Shown here: positions 42,154-52,469 of the stretch, in pieces
How positions within the stretch are numbered: position 1 is the stretch's first letter
How the letters are laid out: each line of letters begins with the position of its first letter
NCBI GenBank assembly: GCA_963766735.1
Contig: CAVYBU010000030.1
Coordinates: 32,001-96,000 of the forward strand
Reading direction: 5' to 3'
DNA: 64,000 nt
Source: an uncultured Chloroflexia bacterium
Lineage (GTDB): Bacteria; Chloroflexota; Limnocylindria; Limnocylindrales; CSP1-4
Notes under the pieces: generated by a model
What the model was told of the DNA's origin: nothing
The model's database searches: none
The model's input: the letters and a program-made list of their open reading frames with translations, nothing else
Made by a program: the position numbers and the translations under genes

Positions 42154-44058
42154 ATGCAACAGACTCCGCGCCTGCGCGCAGCGCGGCCGCTTGCGGCACT
42201 CGCCCTCGCCGCCGCCATGCTGCTGCCGGCGGCTGCCCCCGTTGCCGCCGCCGATCCCGTCGTCCTCACCGTCGGGACGACGCAGGACTTGGACTCCACG
42301 AACCCGTGGAACACGTACCTGGTCGTCGGCTACGAGGCGTTCCAGCTGACCTACGACCTGCTCACCAACTTCGCCCAGGACACGTCCCCGGCTCCGGGCT
42401 TCGCCGACTCCTGGGAGCGCTCCCCGGACAAGGTGACCTATCACATCCGGGACGGGATGAAGTGGTCCGACGGCACGCCGGCGACGTCGCAGGACGTCTG
42501 CTTCTCGTGGGGCCTGGCCATGGCGGCCATCGCCGACGAGACGAACGTCGGTGCCGGCTACCTCGACCCGAACCTCGTGGACAGTGGCGTCACCAAGATC
42601 GAATGTCCTGACGACAGCACGTTCATCGCCTACACCACGGACCAGTCGGACCGGATCTTCCAGACCTACATCCCGATCCAGCCGAAGCACATCTTCGGTG
42701 ACATCGACTACAAGCAGATGGCGGAGGAGAAGTTCGAGGCGCCGCTCGTGGGTACCGGCCCCTACCAGCTCGTCGAGTGGAAGACCGGCGAGTACGCGCG
42801 GTTCGTGCGGAACCCCAACTACTGGGGGCCGCAGGGCTTCCAGGACGAGGTCGTCATCCGCTTCTTCCCCGACAACACCGACGGCATGTTCCAGGCGCTC
42901 AAGAACGGCGAGCTGGACTACGCCCACAACGTGAACGCGGACCAGTTCAAGCAGCTCCAGGCGGATCCGGCCTACACGACCGTCGCCGGCAGCGCGAACG
43001 GCTGGACGCAGCTCGCCTTCAACACGTACGGGACCGGAACCGGCAAGACGATCAAGGACGGCGGTCCGTCCACACAGGCGCTCCTGGACCCGGCCTTCCG
43101 CGACGCGCTCGGCTACGCCGTCGACCGGCAGGCCCTCGTGGATCGCGTCCTCGGCGGCTTTGGCGACGTCGGCACGACGGCCGTGCCGCCGGTGCTCGAG
43201 CAGTGGCACGTCACCCCGGACAACCTGCGCACCTTTGACATCGAGCTCGCCAAGTCGAAGCTGGATGCCGCGGGCTACAAGCTCGACGGCAGCGGCAACC
43301 GGCTCGACAAGGAGGGCAAGCCGATCAAGCTTCGCCTGTACGCGCCGGACTCGGACGGCAACTATGCCAAGGTCGCGGAGTTCGTCAAGGACTGGTACGG
43401 CCAGCTGGGGATCGGGGTGTCCACCCAGGTCCTGACCAGTGCCGCGCTCGGCGAGCTGGTCCTGCCGCCGCCCGACGCCAAGGCCAAGTACGACATCGAG
43501 CTGTGGGGCTGGGCCGGCAACCCCGATCCCAACGCCCTGCTCCAGATCTTCACCTGCGACGCCATCGGCAGCACCTCCGACAGCCAGTACTGCAATCCCG
43601 AGTACGACAAGCTGTACGCGCTCCAGCTCACCCAGGCTGGTGAGGAGCGAAAGGCGACCCTCGCCCAGATGCAGAACCTGCTCTACGACGAGGCGCCCTA
43701 CGACATCCTGTTCTACGACGCCAACCTCGACGCCTACCGGACGGACCGCTTCGCCGGCTGGCAGAACATGCCGGACAGCGGCACGCCGATGTTCACTTAC
43801 GGCGACCTCGGCTACTCCCTGCTGACGGACGCTACGGCCGTCGCCACCCCGGCGCCGACCGAGCCCGCGGGCGCAACGGCCGAGCCGGGGGCGACGGCAG
43901 CGCCGGCCACGCCGGCACCCGATTCCGGGGGTACCTCGAGCGATGACTCGAGCTCCACGCTCATCCTCGGGCTGGGCGCCGTCATCTTGATCGTGATCGT
44001 CGGTGGCCTGATCCTCAGCCGCCGCCGCAAGACAACGCCTGCCGACGACGACGAGTAA
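42154..44058 (+). CDS. ABC transporter substrate-binding protein, family 5 (Opp/Dpp), with C-terminal TM anchor
   Basis: Signal peptide, IRDGMKWSDGTP, VGTGPY, RNPNYWG and FRDALGYAVDR; GGAGGAG RBS. Confidence 0.93.
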   Translation: MQQTPRLRAARPLAALALAAAMLLPAAAPVAAADPVVLTVGTTQDLDSTNPWNTYLVVGYEAFQLTYDLLTNFAQDTSPAPGFADSWERSPDKVTYHIRDGMKWSDGTPATSQDVCFSWGLAMAAIADETNVGAGYLDPNLVDSGVTKIECPDDSTFIAYTTDQSDRIFQTYIPIQPKHIFGDIDYKQMAEEKFEAPLVGTGPYQLVEWKTGEYARFVRNPNYWGPQGFQDEVVIRFFPDNTDGMFQALKNGELDYAHNVNADQFKQLQADPAYTTVAGSANGWTQLAFNTYGTGTGKTIKDGGPSTQALLDPAFRDALGYAVDRQALVDRVLGGFGDVGTTAVPPVLEQWHVTPDNLRTFDIELAKSKLDAAGYKLDGSGNRLDKEGKPIKLRLYAPDSDGNYAKVAEFVKDWYGQLGIGVSTQVLTSAALGELVLPPPDAKAKYDIELWGWAGNPDPNALLQIFTCDAIGSTSDSQYCNPEYDKLYALQLTQAGEERKATLAQMQNLLYDEAPYDILFYDANLDAYRTDRFAGWQNMPDSGTPMFTYGDLGYSLLTDATAVATPAPTEPAGATAEPGATAAPATPAPDSGGTSSDDSSSTLILGLGAVILIVIVGGLILSRRRKTTPADDDE

Positions 44059-44085
44059 GTCACTCGTGGCCCAGGGCATGCACCA

Positions 44086-44119
44086 GGGGGTAGGGGTCGC
44101 TCACGGCGGCCCCACCCCC
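44086..44119 (+). terminator. Intercistronic stem-loop after the substrate-binding protein gene
   Basis: gggggtaggggtcgc-tcacg-gcggccccaccccc; this position is typical of attenuating or stabilising hairpins. Confidence 0.5.
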
Positions 44120-44141
44120 ACGCCCGCCTGACCGCACGCCC

Positions 44142-45113
44142 GTGAACGCTCACTACCTGGCCAGGAAGCTGGCCCAGGCATTCGTGACGATCGTCGCGAT
44201 CATGATCCTCAACTTCCTGATGTTCCGGATGATGCCGGGCTCGCCCGACCGCGTCATCAAGAACCCCAACCTCACGCCCGAGACGATCGCGGCCACCCGC
44301 GCCCGCTGGGGCCTCGACAAGCCGCTCCTCCCCGACCAGCTGATCGCGTACATGGGCGCGACCGCGACGGGGGACCTGGGCTATTCGATCTTCTACCGCG
44401 GGCGGCCCGTGACCGACGTGCTGGCGGCCAAGGTCGGACCCACGATCCTCCTTGTGGGCCTGGCCGAAGCCTTCGCGATCTTCGGCGGCCTCAGCATCGG
44501 CGCCTATGCCGGCTGGCGACGGGGCGGGAAGGTGGATTCGATCGGCACCGGCGCCAGCCTGATCCTGTACTCGATGCCGTACTTCGTGATCGGCATGCCC
44601 CTGATCATCGTGTTCGCGGCCGGGCTCGGCTGGTTCCCGACCTCGGGCATGACCACGCCCGGAATGTCGGACCAGCCACTGGTCAACCAGGCCTGGGACC
44701 TGGGCCGGCACCTGGTGCTGCCGCTGGCCGCGGTGAGCCTCGGCCTCCTCGGCGGCTACTCGATCCTCATGCGGTCGTCCATCATCGACACCCGCAACGA
44801 GGACTACGTCACGACGGCCCGGGCCAAGGGCCTGCAGGACGGCTACGTCCTGCGCCACCACGCGTTCCCCAACGCCCTCCTGCCCATGGTGACGCTCATC
44901 GCCATCAACCTCGGCTACGTGGTGGCCGGTGCCATCACCGCCGAGATCGTGTTCAACTGGCCTGGCCTCGGCACCCTGACGATCCAGGCGCTGAGCGCCC
45001 GTGACTACCCGGTGCTTCAGGGGATCTTCCTGCTGGTGGCCGTGTCGGTCGTCATCGCGAACCTGATCGCCGACATTGTCTACGGCTTCCTTGACCCGAG
45101 GGTCGGCGTATGA
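44142..45113 (+). CDS. Peptide ABC transporter permease (OppB/DppB family)
   Basis: GLDKPL, EDYVTTARAKGL, FNWPGLG and RDYPVLQG motifs. Confidence 0.94.
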   Translation: MNAHYLARKLAQAFVTIVAIMILNFLMFRMMPGSPDRVIKNPNLTPETIAATRARWGLDKPLLPDQLIAYMGATATGDLGYSIFYRGRPVTDVLAAKVGPTILLVGLAEAFAIFGGLSIGAYAGWRRGGKVDSIGTGASLILYSMPYFVIGMPLIIVFAAGLGWFPTSGMTTPGMSDQPLVNQAWDLGRHLVLPLAAVSLGLLGGYSILMRSSIIDTRNEDYVTTARAKGLQDGYVLRHHAFPNALLPMVTLIAINLGYVVAGAITAEIVFNWPGLGTLTIQALSARDYPVLQGIFLLVAVSVVIANLIADIVYGFLDPRVGV

Positions 45114-46063
45114 CGTCGGCGACGGCGCCGGTCCCCGCGGCAGCGCCGATGTCTCGGCCCTTGACGTCCGTCGATCGCGCACGCGACTTCGCCGGCAAGT
45201 TCCTGTCCCGGAACGACGGCCGGTTCGGTCTGGCGATCCTCCTCATGTTCGCGGTCCTCGCGATCTTCCCCGACCTGTTCGTGGGCAAGCTCGAGACGGT
45301 GACCACGGCGACCGGCCAGTCCCTCCAGGGCCCGGGCGGCGGCTTCCTGTTCGGCACGGACGAGCTTGGCCGGGACCTCCTCAACATGACCGTCCACGGC
45401 GCGCGGATCTCGATGACGATCGGGCTCATGGCGACGCTGATCACCGTCTTCTTCGGTGCGGTCGTGGGCATCGTCGCGGGGTATGTCGGGGGCAAGACCG
45501 ACCTGGTCCTGATGCGGATCTCGGACTTCTTCCTGGTGCTCCCGACCATCGTCCTCGCGATCATCCTGGCCCCGGTCATCCTCGACATCGTGGGCGCCGA
45601 CGCCGAGCTGTTCGGCATCCGGGCCACGATGCTCGTCATCATCGTCGTCATCGGCCTGACGAGCTGGGCGACGACGGCCAGGATCATCCGCTCCCAGGTG
45701 CTCTCGATCAGGATGCGCATGTTCGTCGATCGAGCCCGGGTGGTTGGTTCGGGGCCGGGGCGGATCATGCGCCGCCACGTGCTGCCCAACGTCATCAACC
45801 TGATCGTGGCCCAGGCGGTCCTGACCTTCGCGGTCGCCGTGTTCACCGAGACGACCCTCGCCTTCATCGGGCTCGGCGACCCGTTTGCGCCGTCGTGGGG
45901 CCAGATCCTCAACAACGCCCAGGGGGCCGGTGCCCCCGGCCTCGGGGCCTGGTGGTACATCGCGCCCCCGGCGATCTGCGTCGTCCTGGTGGTGCTCGCG
46001 TTCACGCTCGTCGGCAATGCGCTCGACGACATCCTCAATCCGAAATCGGGGATCCGGCGATGA
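45110..46063 (+). CDS. Peptide ABC transporter permease (OppC/DppC family)
   Basis: FGTDELGRD, RHVLPN, PSWG and GNALDDILNPK motifs. Confidence 0.94.
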   Translation: MTSATAPVPAAAPMSRPLTSVDRARDFAGKFLSRNDGRFGLAILLMFAVLAIFPDLFVGKLETVTTATGQSLQGPGGGFLFGTDELGRDLLNMTVHGARISMTIGLMATLITVFFGAVVGIVAGYVGGKTDLVLMRISDFFLVLPTIVLAIILAPVILDIVGADAELFGIRATMLVIIVVIGLTSWATTARIIRSQVLSIRMRMFVDRARVVGSGPGRIMRRHVLPNVINLIVAQAVLTFAVAVFTETTLAFIGLGDPFAPSWGQILNNAQGAGAPGLGAWWYIAPPAICVVLVVLAFTLVGNALDDILNPKSGIRR

Positions 46064-47184
46064 CGGTGAATCCGGACATCCGGGGCCAGCGCCAGTGGCC
46101 GATGCCCAAGCTCGCCGACCCGAATGCCCCGCTCCTGAGAGTCGAGGATCTCGCCGTCCGGTTCCGGATGCCCAACGGCAGCGTCAAGGCCGTGGACGGC
46201 GTCAGCTTCGGGCTGGACGACGGGGAGGCGTTGGGGATCGCGGGTGAGTCCGGCTGCGGCAAGACGACGACCGCCCTGTCGCTCCTGCACCTGCTGCCGG
46301 CCAACGGCTACATCAAGCGGGGCAAGGTTGAGCTGTTCGGGATCGACCTCGTGCCCAAGACCGAGCGCCAGATCGCGCGGTACCGCTGGCGCGAGATCTC
46401 GATGGTGTTCCAGGGCGCGATGAACGCGCTCAACCCGGTCCAGCGGATCGGTGCCCAGATCGCCGAGCCGATCGAGATTCGCCTGGGCCAGCCGAGGGAG
46501 GCGTCCCTCAAGCGCGCGGGCGAGCTGCTCGAGCTGGTCGGCATCCCCAAGCAGCGCGCGAATGCCTACCCCCACGAGCTCTCGGGCGGGATGCGGCAGC
46601 GGGCGATCATCGCGATGTCGCTCGCGTGCGACCCTGCGATCGTCATCGGGGACGAGCCGACCACGGCCCTGGACGTCATGGTCCAGGCGCAGATCCTGCA
46701 GTTGCTCGAGCAGCTGCGGCGCGACCTGGGCCTGTCGCTGATCCTGATCACGCACGATCTCTCGGTGATCGCGGAGACCTGTGATCGGGCGATGATCATG
46801 TACGCCGGTCGCGTCGCGGAGGAGGGGGCCGCTCGCAAGCTGTTCACGGCCCCGAGGCACCCCTACACGCAGAAGCTGCTGGCGGCGTTCCCCAACATCG
46901 AGACCGACCGGCGAACGCTGGACGTCATCCCAGGGATGCCACCCGACCTGCGCCACCCGCCGCCCGGGTGCCGGTTCGCGCCGCGCTGTTCGTTCGCCAT
47001 GCCGGTGTGCACGGAGGTCGTGCCGCCCGAGGTCCGCTTCGCCGATGGCGTCCGAGTCGCCTGCCACCTGTACCCGAACTCGGACGCACCGATGGCGGGC
47101 TCGGGTGTACTGGGATCGGCGGACGGCCCGGGCCTGGCCGGCGCCGCAGGCGCCGCCGCCTCGACCGGGGAGACCGCGGCATGA
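46060..47184 (+). CDS. Peptide ABC transporter ATP-binding protein (OppD family)
   Basis: GESGCGKT, LSGGMRQR, DEPTTALD and GCRFAPRC motifs. Confidence 0.94.
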   Translation: MTVNPDIRGQRQWPMPKLADPNAPLLRVEDLAVRFRMPNGSVKAVDGVSFGLDDGEALGIAGESGCGKTTTALSLLHLLPANGYIKRGKVELFGIDLVPKTERQIARYRWREISMVFQGAMNALNPVQRIGAQIAEPIEIRLGQPREASLKRAGELLELVGIPKQRANAYPHELSGGMRQRAIIAMSLACDPAIVIGDEPTTALDVMVQAQILQLLEQLRRDLGLSLILITHDLSVIAETCDRAMIMYAGRVAEEGAARKLFTAPRHPYTQKLLAAFPNIETDRRTLDVIPGMPPDLRHPPPGCRFAPRCSFAMPVCTEVVPPEVRFADGVRVACHLYPNSDAPMAGSGVLGSADGPGLAGAAGAAASTGETAA

Positions 47185-48302
47185 CCGCGCAGCGCGGCGT
47201 GCCCGAGTCCGAAGGGGTGACGCTGCCCGCATCTCCCGCCCCGTCGACCGCTGAGCCGGCGCCTGCGTCCGGGGAGGAGCTGCTCCGGCTCGAGGGCCTC
47301 GAGGTCTTCTTCCCGATCCGCGGCGGCCTGCTCGACCAGGTCCGCCGCATTCCGCGCGGCTACGTCCGCGCCGTGGACGGGATCGACCTCACCATCAAGC
47401 GAGGCGAGATCCTGGGTCTCGTCGGTGAGTCCGGCTCCGGCAAGACCACCACCGGACGCGTCGTCGTCAAGCTCACCCGGCAGACCGGCGGACGGGTGGT
47501 GTTCGGTGGCGATGACGTCACGACCCTCTGGGGGTCGAGGAACCTCGGCGACTATCGACGCCGGGTCCAGCTGATCTTCCAGGACCCGTACGAGACGCTC
47601 AACCCGAAGCACTCCATCGGCGAGTTCGTCCGGGAGCCGCTGGAGGTCAACGGGATCGGGACCTCGCGCAAGGATCGCGACGAGCGTGTCCTTGCCGCGC
47701 TCGAGGCTGCGGGCCTGCGTCCCGCCGCGGACTACGCCGCCCGATACCCCCATGAGCTGTCGGGTGGCCAGCGGCAGCGGGTGGTGATCGCGGGCGCCCT
47801 CGTGATGAGCCCGGACCTGGTGGTCGCCGACGAGCCGGTGTCGATGCTGGACGTGTCCATCCGGACCGAGCTCCTGCGCCTGATGCTCGACCTGCGCCGG
47901 GAGCGGGGCCTGGCGTACCTGTTCATCACCCACGACCTGTCGGTCGCCTGGGTCCTTGCCGACCGTATCGCGGTCATGTACCTGGGCAAGATCCTGGAGA
48001 TCGGTCCCGCCGAGCAGGTCATCAAGTCGCCACGCAACCCGTACACCCAGGCGCTCGTCTCCGTGAGCCCGTCCCCGGACCCGCCCGAGACAGGATCGCG
48101 CGCCAACCGCACCATCCTGCAGGGCGAAACCCCCGACGCCGCCCACATCCCGCCCGGGTGCAGGTTCCATCCCCGGTGCCCCGTTGTCTTCGACCGTTGC
48201 CGGACCGAGGAGCCGCCGTTGTTCGACGTCGGCGGCGGGCAGCAGGCTGCCTGCTGGCTGGTGCAGGAGGCATCGGCCGACGCGGCTTCTGCCGGCGCCT
48301 GA
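47181..48302 (+). CDS. Peptide ABC transporter ATP-binding protein (OppF family)
   Basis: [24 protein letters not shown] and GCRFHPRC motifs. Confidence 0.94.
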   Translation: MTAQRGVPESEGVTLPASPAPSTAEPAPASGEELLRLEGLEVFFPIRGGLLDQVRRIPRGYVRAVDGIDLTIKRGEILGLVGESGSGKTTTGRVVVKLTRQTGGRVVFGGDDVTTLWGSRNLGDYRRRVQLIFQDPYETLNPKHSIGEFVREPLEVNGIGTSRKDRDERVLAALEAAGLRPAADYAARYPHELSGGQRQRVVIAGALVMSPDLVVADEPVSMLDVSIRTELLRLMLDLRRERGLAYLFITHDLSVAWVLADRIAVMYLGKILEIGPAEQVIKSPRNPYTQALVSVSPSPDPPETGSRANRTILQGETPDAAHIPPGCRFHPRCPVVFDRCRTEEPPLFDVGGGQQAACWLVQEASADAASAGA

Positions 48303-48306
48303 ATCG

Positions 48307-48337
48307 CCGACGCCCCGGCGGGCAGCCGAGGCGTCGG
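48307..48337. terminator. Hairpin between convergent genes
   Basis: ccgacgcc...ggcgtcgg inverted repeat. Confidence 0.5.
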
Positions 48338-48373
48338 ACGTTGTGCGGGCGCGCTGTCCGCGCCTGTGGTCGG

Positions 48374-49039
48374 TCAGGCGGCCTCGTCGGCGCCACCGTC
48401 GACGGCCTTCCAGGCCAGCCAGCCGAGGACCGCGCCGACGACCGGGGCCACGATGTAGATCCAGATCACGGACACGTCCCCGCCGACGATGGCGGAGCCG
48501 AGCGACCGGGCCGGGTTCACCGAGGCGCCACTCAGGGAGGCGATGCCGAAGTGGATGGCGACAAGCGTGAGCGGGATAGCCAGGGCGGCCAGGGCGGGCG
48601 CACGCTTGGTTGCTGCGAGGATCACGGCGATGAAGCCGGCGGTCGCCACGACCTCGATGATCAGCGCACCCATGTCCGTGATCCCGGCAGCCGTGTTCGG
48701 CGCGGTGATGCCGGCCTTCACTGCGTCCTGGCTGACGGCGACCATCACCAGCACGCCGGCCCCGATCGCGCCGATCACCTGGGCCACGATGTACCCGACC
48801 GCGTCCACCGGAGTGGTGCGCCTGTCGAGGACCATCGCCACCGTGACGGCCGGGTTGAAGTGGCCGCCCGAGACGTGGCCGAAGGCGAAGATCGCGGCCA
48901 GCAGGCCGAAGCCGAACGCGAATGGCACGACGAGGAGCCCCGAGGCGCCGGCCGCTCCGAACGCAGCCACCGACAGGTAGCCGATCGAGAAGAACAGGAA
49001 CGAACCCAGCAGCTCTGCTGCGTACTTGCGGAAATCCAT
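48374..49039 (-). CDS. MIP family channel (AqpZ-type aquaporin)
   Basis: SGGHFNPAVT and SVNPARS (NPARS, not the glycerol-facilitator NPARD). Confidence 0.92.
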   Translation of the reverse strand: MDFRKYAAELLGSFLFFSIGYLSVAAFGAAGASGLLVVPFAFGFGLLAAIFAFGHVSGGHFNPAVTVAMVLDRRTTPVDAVGYIVAQVIGAIGAGVLVMVAVSQDAVKAGITAPNTAAGITDMGALIIEVVATAGFIAVILAATKRAPALAALAIPLTLVAIHFGIASLSGASVNPARSLGSAIVGGDVSVIWIYIVAPVVGAVLGWLAWKAVDGGADEAA

Positions 49040-49154
49040 CGCCGTCTCCAACCTCCCGGGGCGGCGGCGTCCCTCGGCGCCGGCTCTACCCTACCGGGCA
49101 GTATGCCGTCTGCGGTGCCTGTCGCGTGCGGGATCGCGGGCCTGTGTCCGGACG

Positions 49155-49295
49155 TCAGGCCGCGCTGGCCAGCTCGGGCGGCAGGGGATCGTCAGCGAGG
49201 TCGAAGCGGATTGCGCAGGCCGGGCAGTCCAGGGCACCGGACTCGAGGTCCAGCGGGGCGGGTTCGTCGCACAACGGGCAGTCGGCGAAGAGCAT
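49155..49295 (-). CDS. 46-aa zinc-ribbon microprotein
   Basis: MLFADCPLCDEPAPLDLESGALDCPACAIRFDLADD...; two CxxC motifs; GGAG RBS. Confidence 0.65.
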   Translation of the reverse strand: MLFADCPLCDEPAPLDLESGALDCPACAIRFDLADDPLPPELASAA

Positions 49296-49425
49296 CGTGG
49301 GGGTCTCCAGGAACGGCGGGAACGGTGGGTGCGCGTGCATCACGCCCGGATCGTCGCGGAGGCTCGTGACACCTAGCCTGTCACGGGGTGAGCGCGGATC
49401 GTCCGTCGAGGTGAGAATGGCAACC

Positions 49426-50328
49426 ATGACCGCTGCCGCCATCGAGACCGAGGGTCTCCGCAAGGCGTACGGGGGAACGCTCGCCCTGGATGGACTGGAC
49501 CTCAGCGTGGCCCGGGGCGAGGTCTTCGGCTTCCTGGGTCCCAATGGGGCCGGCAAGACGACCGTCGTCAAGCTGCTCCTGGGCCTCACCCGGGCGAGTG
49601 GCGGCGGGGGCACCGTTCTCGGCCGCCCCCTGGGCGATCGCGACGCGCGCCGTCGCATCGGCTACCTGCCCGAGCTGTTCCGCTACCAGGCCTGGCTCAC
49701 GGCAGCCGAGGTCCTGGAGCTCCACGCGACGCTTGCCGGCCTGCCCGCCGCCGGCCGGAAGGCAGAGATCGGGCGCGTCCTCGAGCTGGCGGGGATTGCG
49801 TCGCGCTCCGGGGACCGGACCGGCGGCTTCTCCAAGGGAATGCAGCAGCGGCTGGGCCTGGCCGTGGCCCTGCTGGGTGACCCGGAGCTCGTGATCCTGG
49901 ACGAGCCCACGTCCGCACTGGACCCGGTGGGACGTGACGACGTGCGCACGATCATCCGGGAGGCGCGAACCCGGGGCTCCACGGTGCTCCTCAACTCGCA
50001 CCTGCTGGGCGAGGTCGAGCGGCTCTGCGACCGCGTCGCGGTGGTCCACCGGGGTCGCGTCATTGCCGATGGGACGCTGGGTGACCTGCTCGGCGAGCCC
50101 GCGGTGCGCCTCCGGGTCACGGGCCTGCCCGACGACCGCTCGTCGCTGGATGCGTTCGGCACCGTCACCGAGGACGAAGGCTGGCTGGCGATCCGGCCGG
50201 TGGACCCGGCGCGCGTACCGGACATCGTGGCGACCGTGGTCGCCCTCGGGGGGCGGGTCCATGCCGTGGATCCCGGGCGCCGCTCGCTGGAGGATCTGTT
50301 CCTGGACCTGGTCCGGGAGGCCCCGTGA
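49426..50328 (+). CDS. ABC-2 type exporter ATP-binding protein
   Basis: GPNGAGKT, FSKGMQQR, LDEPT and NSH motifs. Confidence 0.93.
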   Translation: MTAAAIETEGLRKAYGGTLALDGLDLSVARGEVFGFLGPNGAGKTTVVKLLLGLTRASGGGGTVLGRPLGDRDARRRIGYLPELFRYQAWLTAAEVLELHATLAGLPAAGRKAEIGRVLELAGIASRSGDRTGGFSKGMQQRLGLAVALLGDPELVILDEPTSALDPVGRDDVRTIIREARTRGSTVLLNSHLLGEVERLCDRVAVVHRGRVIADGTLGDLLGEPAVRLRVTGLPDDRSSLDAFGTVTEDEGWLAIRPVDPARVPDIVATVVALGGRVHAVDPGRRSLEDLFLDLVREAP

Positions 50329-51191
50329 CGCCGCGGCTCATCCTCGCGATCGCCGTGCTCACGATCCGCGAGATCGCACGGAGGCGGATCCTGTGGGTGA
50401 TGCTCGGGCTGTCGGTTGCCAGCGTCATCCTGGTGGGCTGGGGCGTGGAGCGGCTGGTCTCGCTCGCGCGCGAGCAGGGTGCCGACGAGCTGGAGATCCG
50501 CATCGGCGTCAGCCAGGTCCTGATCATGATCGCGTTCATGTTCAGCTTCGTGCTCGCGATGTCGGCCGCGTTCCTCGGGGCGCCGGCCATCGCCTCGGAC
50601 GTTGAGACCGGCACCATCGCGGCGCTGCTGGCGAGGCCGCTGCGTCGCGGAGACCTGCTGCTGGGGCGCTGGCTCGGCCTGGCGATCGTGATCGCCGGCT
50701 ATGCGGCCCTCTCCGGTGCGCTCGCCATCGCCGTCGTGCGCCTGGTGAGCGGCCACGAGCCACCCGAGCCCGTGCTGGCGATCGCGTTCCTGTCCTTCCA
50801 GGCCGTCACGGTGCTGAGCGTTGCGCTCACGCTGGGAACCCGATTGCCGGCGATCGCGGCAGGTGCGGTGACCGTCGTCCTGTTCGGCCTCGGCTGGTTC
50901 GCGGGCGTACTGGGCAACGTCGCGGTGGCTTTCGGGGCGGGGCCGCTGGCCGGCGTCGGGGATGTCGCCCGGGTCCTGATGCCCAGCGACGGCCTGTGGC
51001 GGGGTGTGATCTATGGGCTGGAGCCGCCCGTGGTCCTCCTTGTGGCCGCCGGGCGCAACGCGAGCGCCATGCAGGCCAACCCCTTCTTCGCGAGCGCACC
51101 GCCGCCGGCCGCGTTCCTGGCCTGGAGCGTCGCGTGGGTGGTCCTCGTCCTCGCCGCGGGTATCGTGCTCCTCCGTCGCCGTGAGCTCTGA
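50325..51191 (+). CDS. ABC-2 type exporter permease
   Basis: Six TM helices; DVETGTI..LLARPLRR..LLLGRW; GTGA overlap. Confidence 0.9.
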   Translation: MTPRLILAIAVLTIREIARRRILWVMLGLSVASVILVGWGVERLVSLAREQGADELEIRIGVSQVLIMIAFMFSFVLAMSAAFLGAPAIASDVETGTIAALLARPLRRGDLLLGRWLGLAIVIAGYAALSGALAIAVVRLVSGHEPPEPVLAIAFLSFQAVTVLSVALTLGTRLPAIAAGAVTVVLFGLGWFAGVLGNVAVAFGAGPLAGVGDVARVLMPSDGLWRGVIYGLEPPVVLLVAAGRNASAMQANPFFASAPPPAAFLAWSVAWVVLVLAAGIVLLRRREL

Positions 51192-51201
51192 CGGTCCCCG
51201 C

Positions 51202-51759
51202 ATGGTGCGTGTCTACCTTGGTCATGGGGCGTCCGGCCGGGCCGCGTCCATGGCGCCCTGGGTGGACGGGCTGCGCGCCCGAGGGTTCGAGGCGTTCGCG
51301 CTGGACCTGCCGCGCCGCAGGGCCGAGGACGCGGTGGCCGCCTTCGAGGCCCAGGTGCCCGACGAGCCTGGCGTGGTGGTGGGCGGCCACTCGTACGGCG
51401 GACGCGTCGCGTCGCTCGCCGTGGCCGGGGCGGGCTCGGGTGGATCGGGTGCGACGGGCATCCAGCCCGGTAGGTACGCCGGCCTCGTCTGCCTCAGCTA
51501 CCCGCTCCACCGTCCTGGCGCCCCGGAGACGGCGGCCGCCCGGACGGCCCACTGGCCCGCGATCACGGTCCCGGCCCTGCTGCTGTCGGGAACTTCGGAC
51601 CCGTTCGCGCGGCTCGACCTGCTGGAGGCGGCGATGCCGGCGCTCGTCGCCGGACGGTTGGTGACCTATCCGCGCCTCGGGCATTCGCTCAAGCCGGTCC
51701 TCGACGACGCGCTGGACCGGGTGGCGGCGTTCCTCGCCGGGCTCGAGGCAACCGGGTGA
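51202..51759 (+). CDS. Minimal alpha/beta hydrolase (KANL3/Tex30-like)
   Basis: GHGA, GGHSYGGR, LSYPLH, GTSDPF and GHSL motifs. Confidence 0.85.
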   Translation: MVRVYLGHGASGRAASMAPWVDGLRARGFEAFALDLPRRRAEDAVAAFEAQVPDEPGVVVGGHSYGGRVASLAVAGAGSGGSGATGIQPGRYAGLVCLSYPLHRPGAPETAAARTAHWPAITVPALLLSGTSDPFARLDLLEAAMPALVAGRLVTYPRLGHSLKPVLDDALDRVAAFLAGLEATG

Positions 51760-51794
51760 GCGTCACGTAAGGCGCCCCGGCTAGGATCCCCGTC

Positions 51795-52400
51795 ATGGAC
51801 AACCTGCCCGCCGCCATCACGGAGGACCGATACCGCTGCCGATGGGGCGACAGCCCCGATCCCGAGTACCGCGCCTATCACGACCTCGAATGGGGCGTCC
51901 CGGTGCGGGACGAGCGCCACCTGTTCGAGCTGTTGATCCTCGAGGGCGCCCAGGCCGGCCTCTCCTGGTCCACGATCCTCCACAAGCGCCCCGGGTACCG
52001 GCGCGCGTTCGACGGGTTCGACGCGGCGACGGTCGCCACCTACGGCGACGAGGACGCGGCCCGGCTCCTGGCCGATCCCGGCATCGTGCGCAACCGGGCC
52101 AAGGTTGCCGCAGCCATCGGCAACGCCCGGGCGACGCTGGCGCTGCACGAGGCCGGGTCGTCGCTGGTGGACCATCTGTGGTCGTTCGTGGACGGGCGCC
52201 CCGTCGTCAACACCTTCGGCTCGCTCGCGGAGATTCCGTCCGAGACCGAGGTGTCCCGGGCCATGAGCACGGATCTCCGACGTCGCGGCTTCAGGTTCGT
52301 GGGGCCCACGATCTGCTATGCGCTCATGCAGTCGGCCGGGCTCGTGAACGACCACGAGACGGCATGCTTCCGCTGGGCGGAGGTGCAGGTCCCCGCGTGA
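51795..52400 (+). CDS. tag: DNA-3-methyladenine glycosylase I
   Basis: RCRW, YHDLEWG, LEGAQAGLSW, GFRFVGPT and NDH...C motifs. Confidence 0.96.
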   Translation: MDNLPAAITEDRYRCRWGDSPDPEYRAYHDLEWGVPVRDERHLFELLILEGAQAGLSWSTILHKRPGYRRAFDGFDAATVATYGDEDAARLLADPGIVRNRAKVAAAIGNARATLALHEAGSSLVDHLWSFVDGRPVVNTFGSLAEIPSETEVSRAMSTDLRRRGFRFVGPTICYALMQSAGLVNDHETACFRWAEVQVPA

Positions 52401-52469
52401 GGGAGGCGGCCGTGATGGCCCTGGCGACGGCCGGGCCAGCGCGACGCCGCGGGGCCAGCGCTGCAGACG

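Noticed and set aside
49155-49295. LysW amino-group carrier protein
   Set aside because: No C-terminal EDWGE and no lys/arg genes adjacent.
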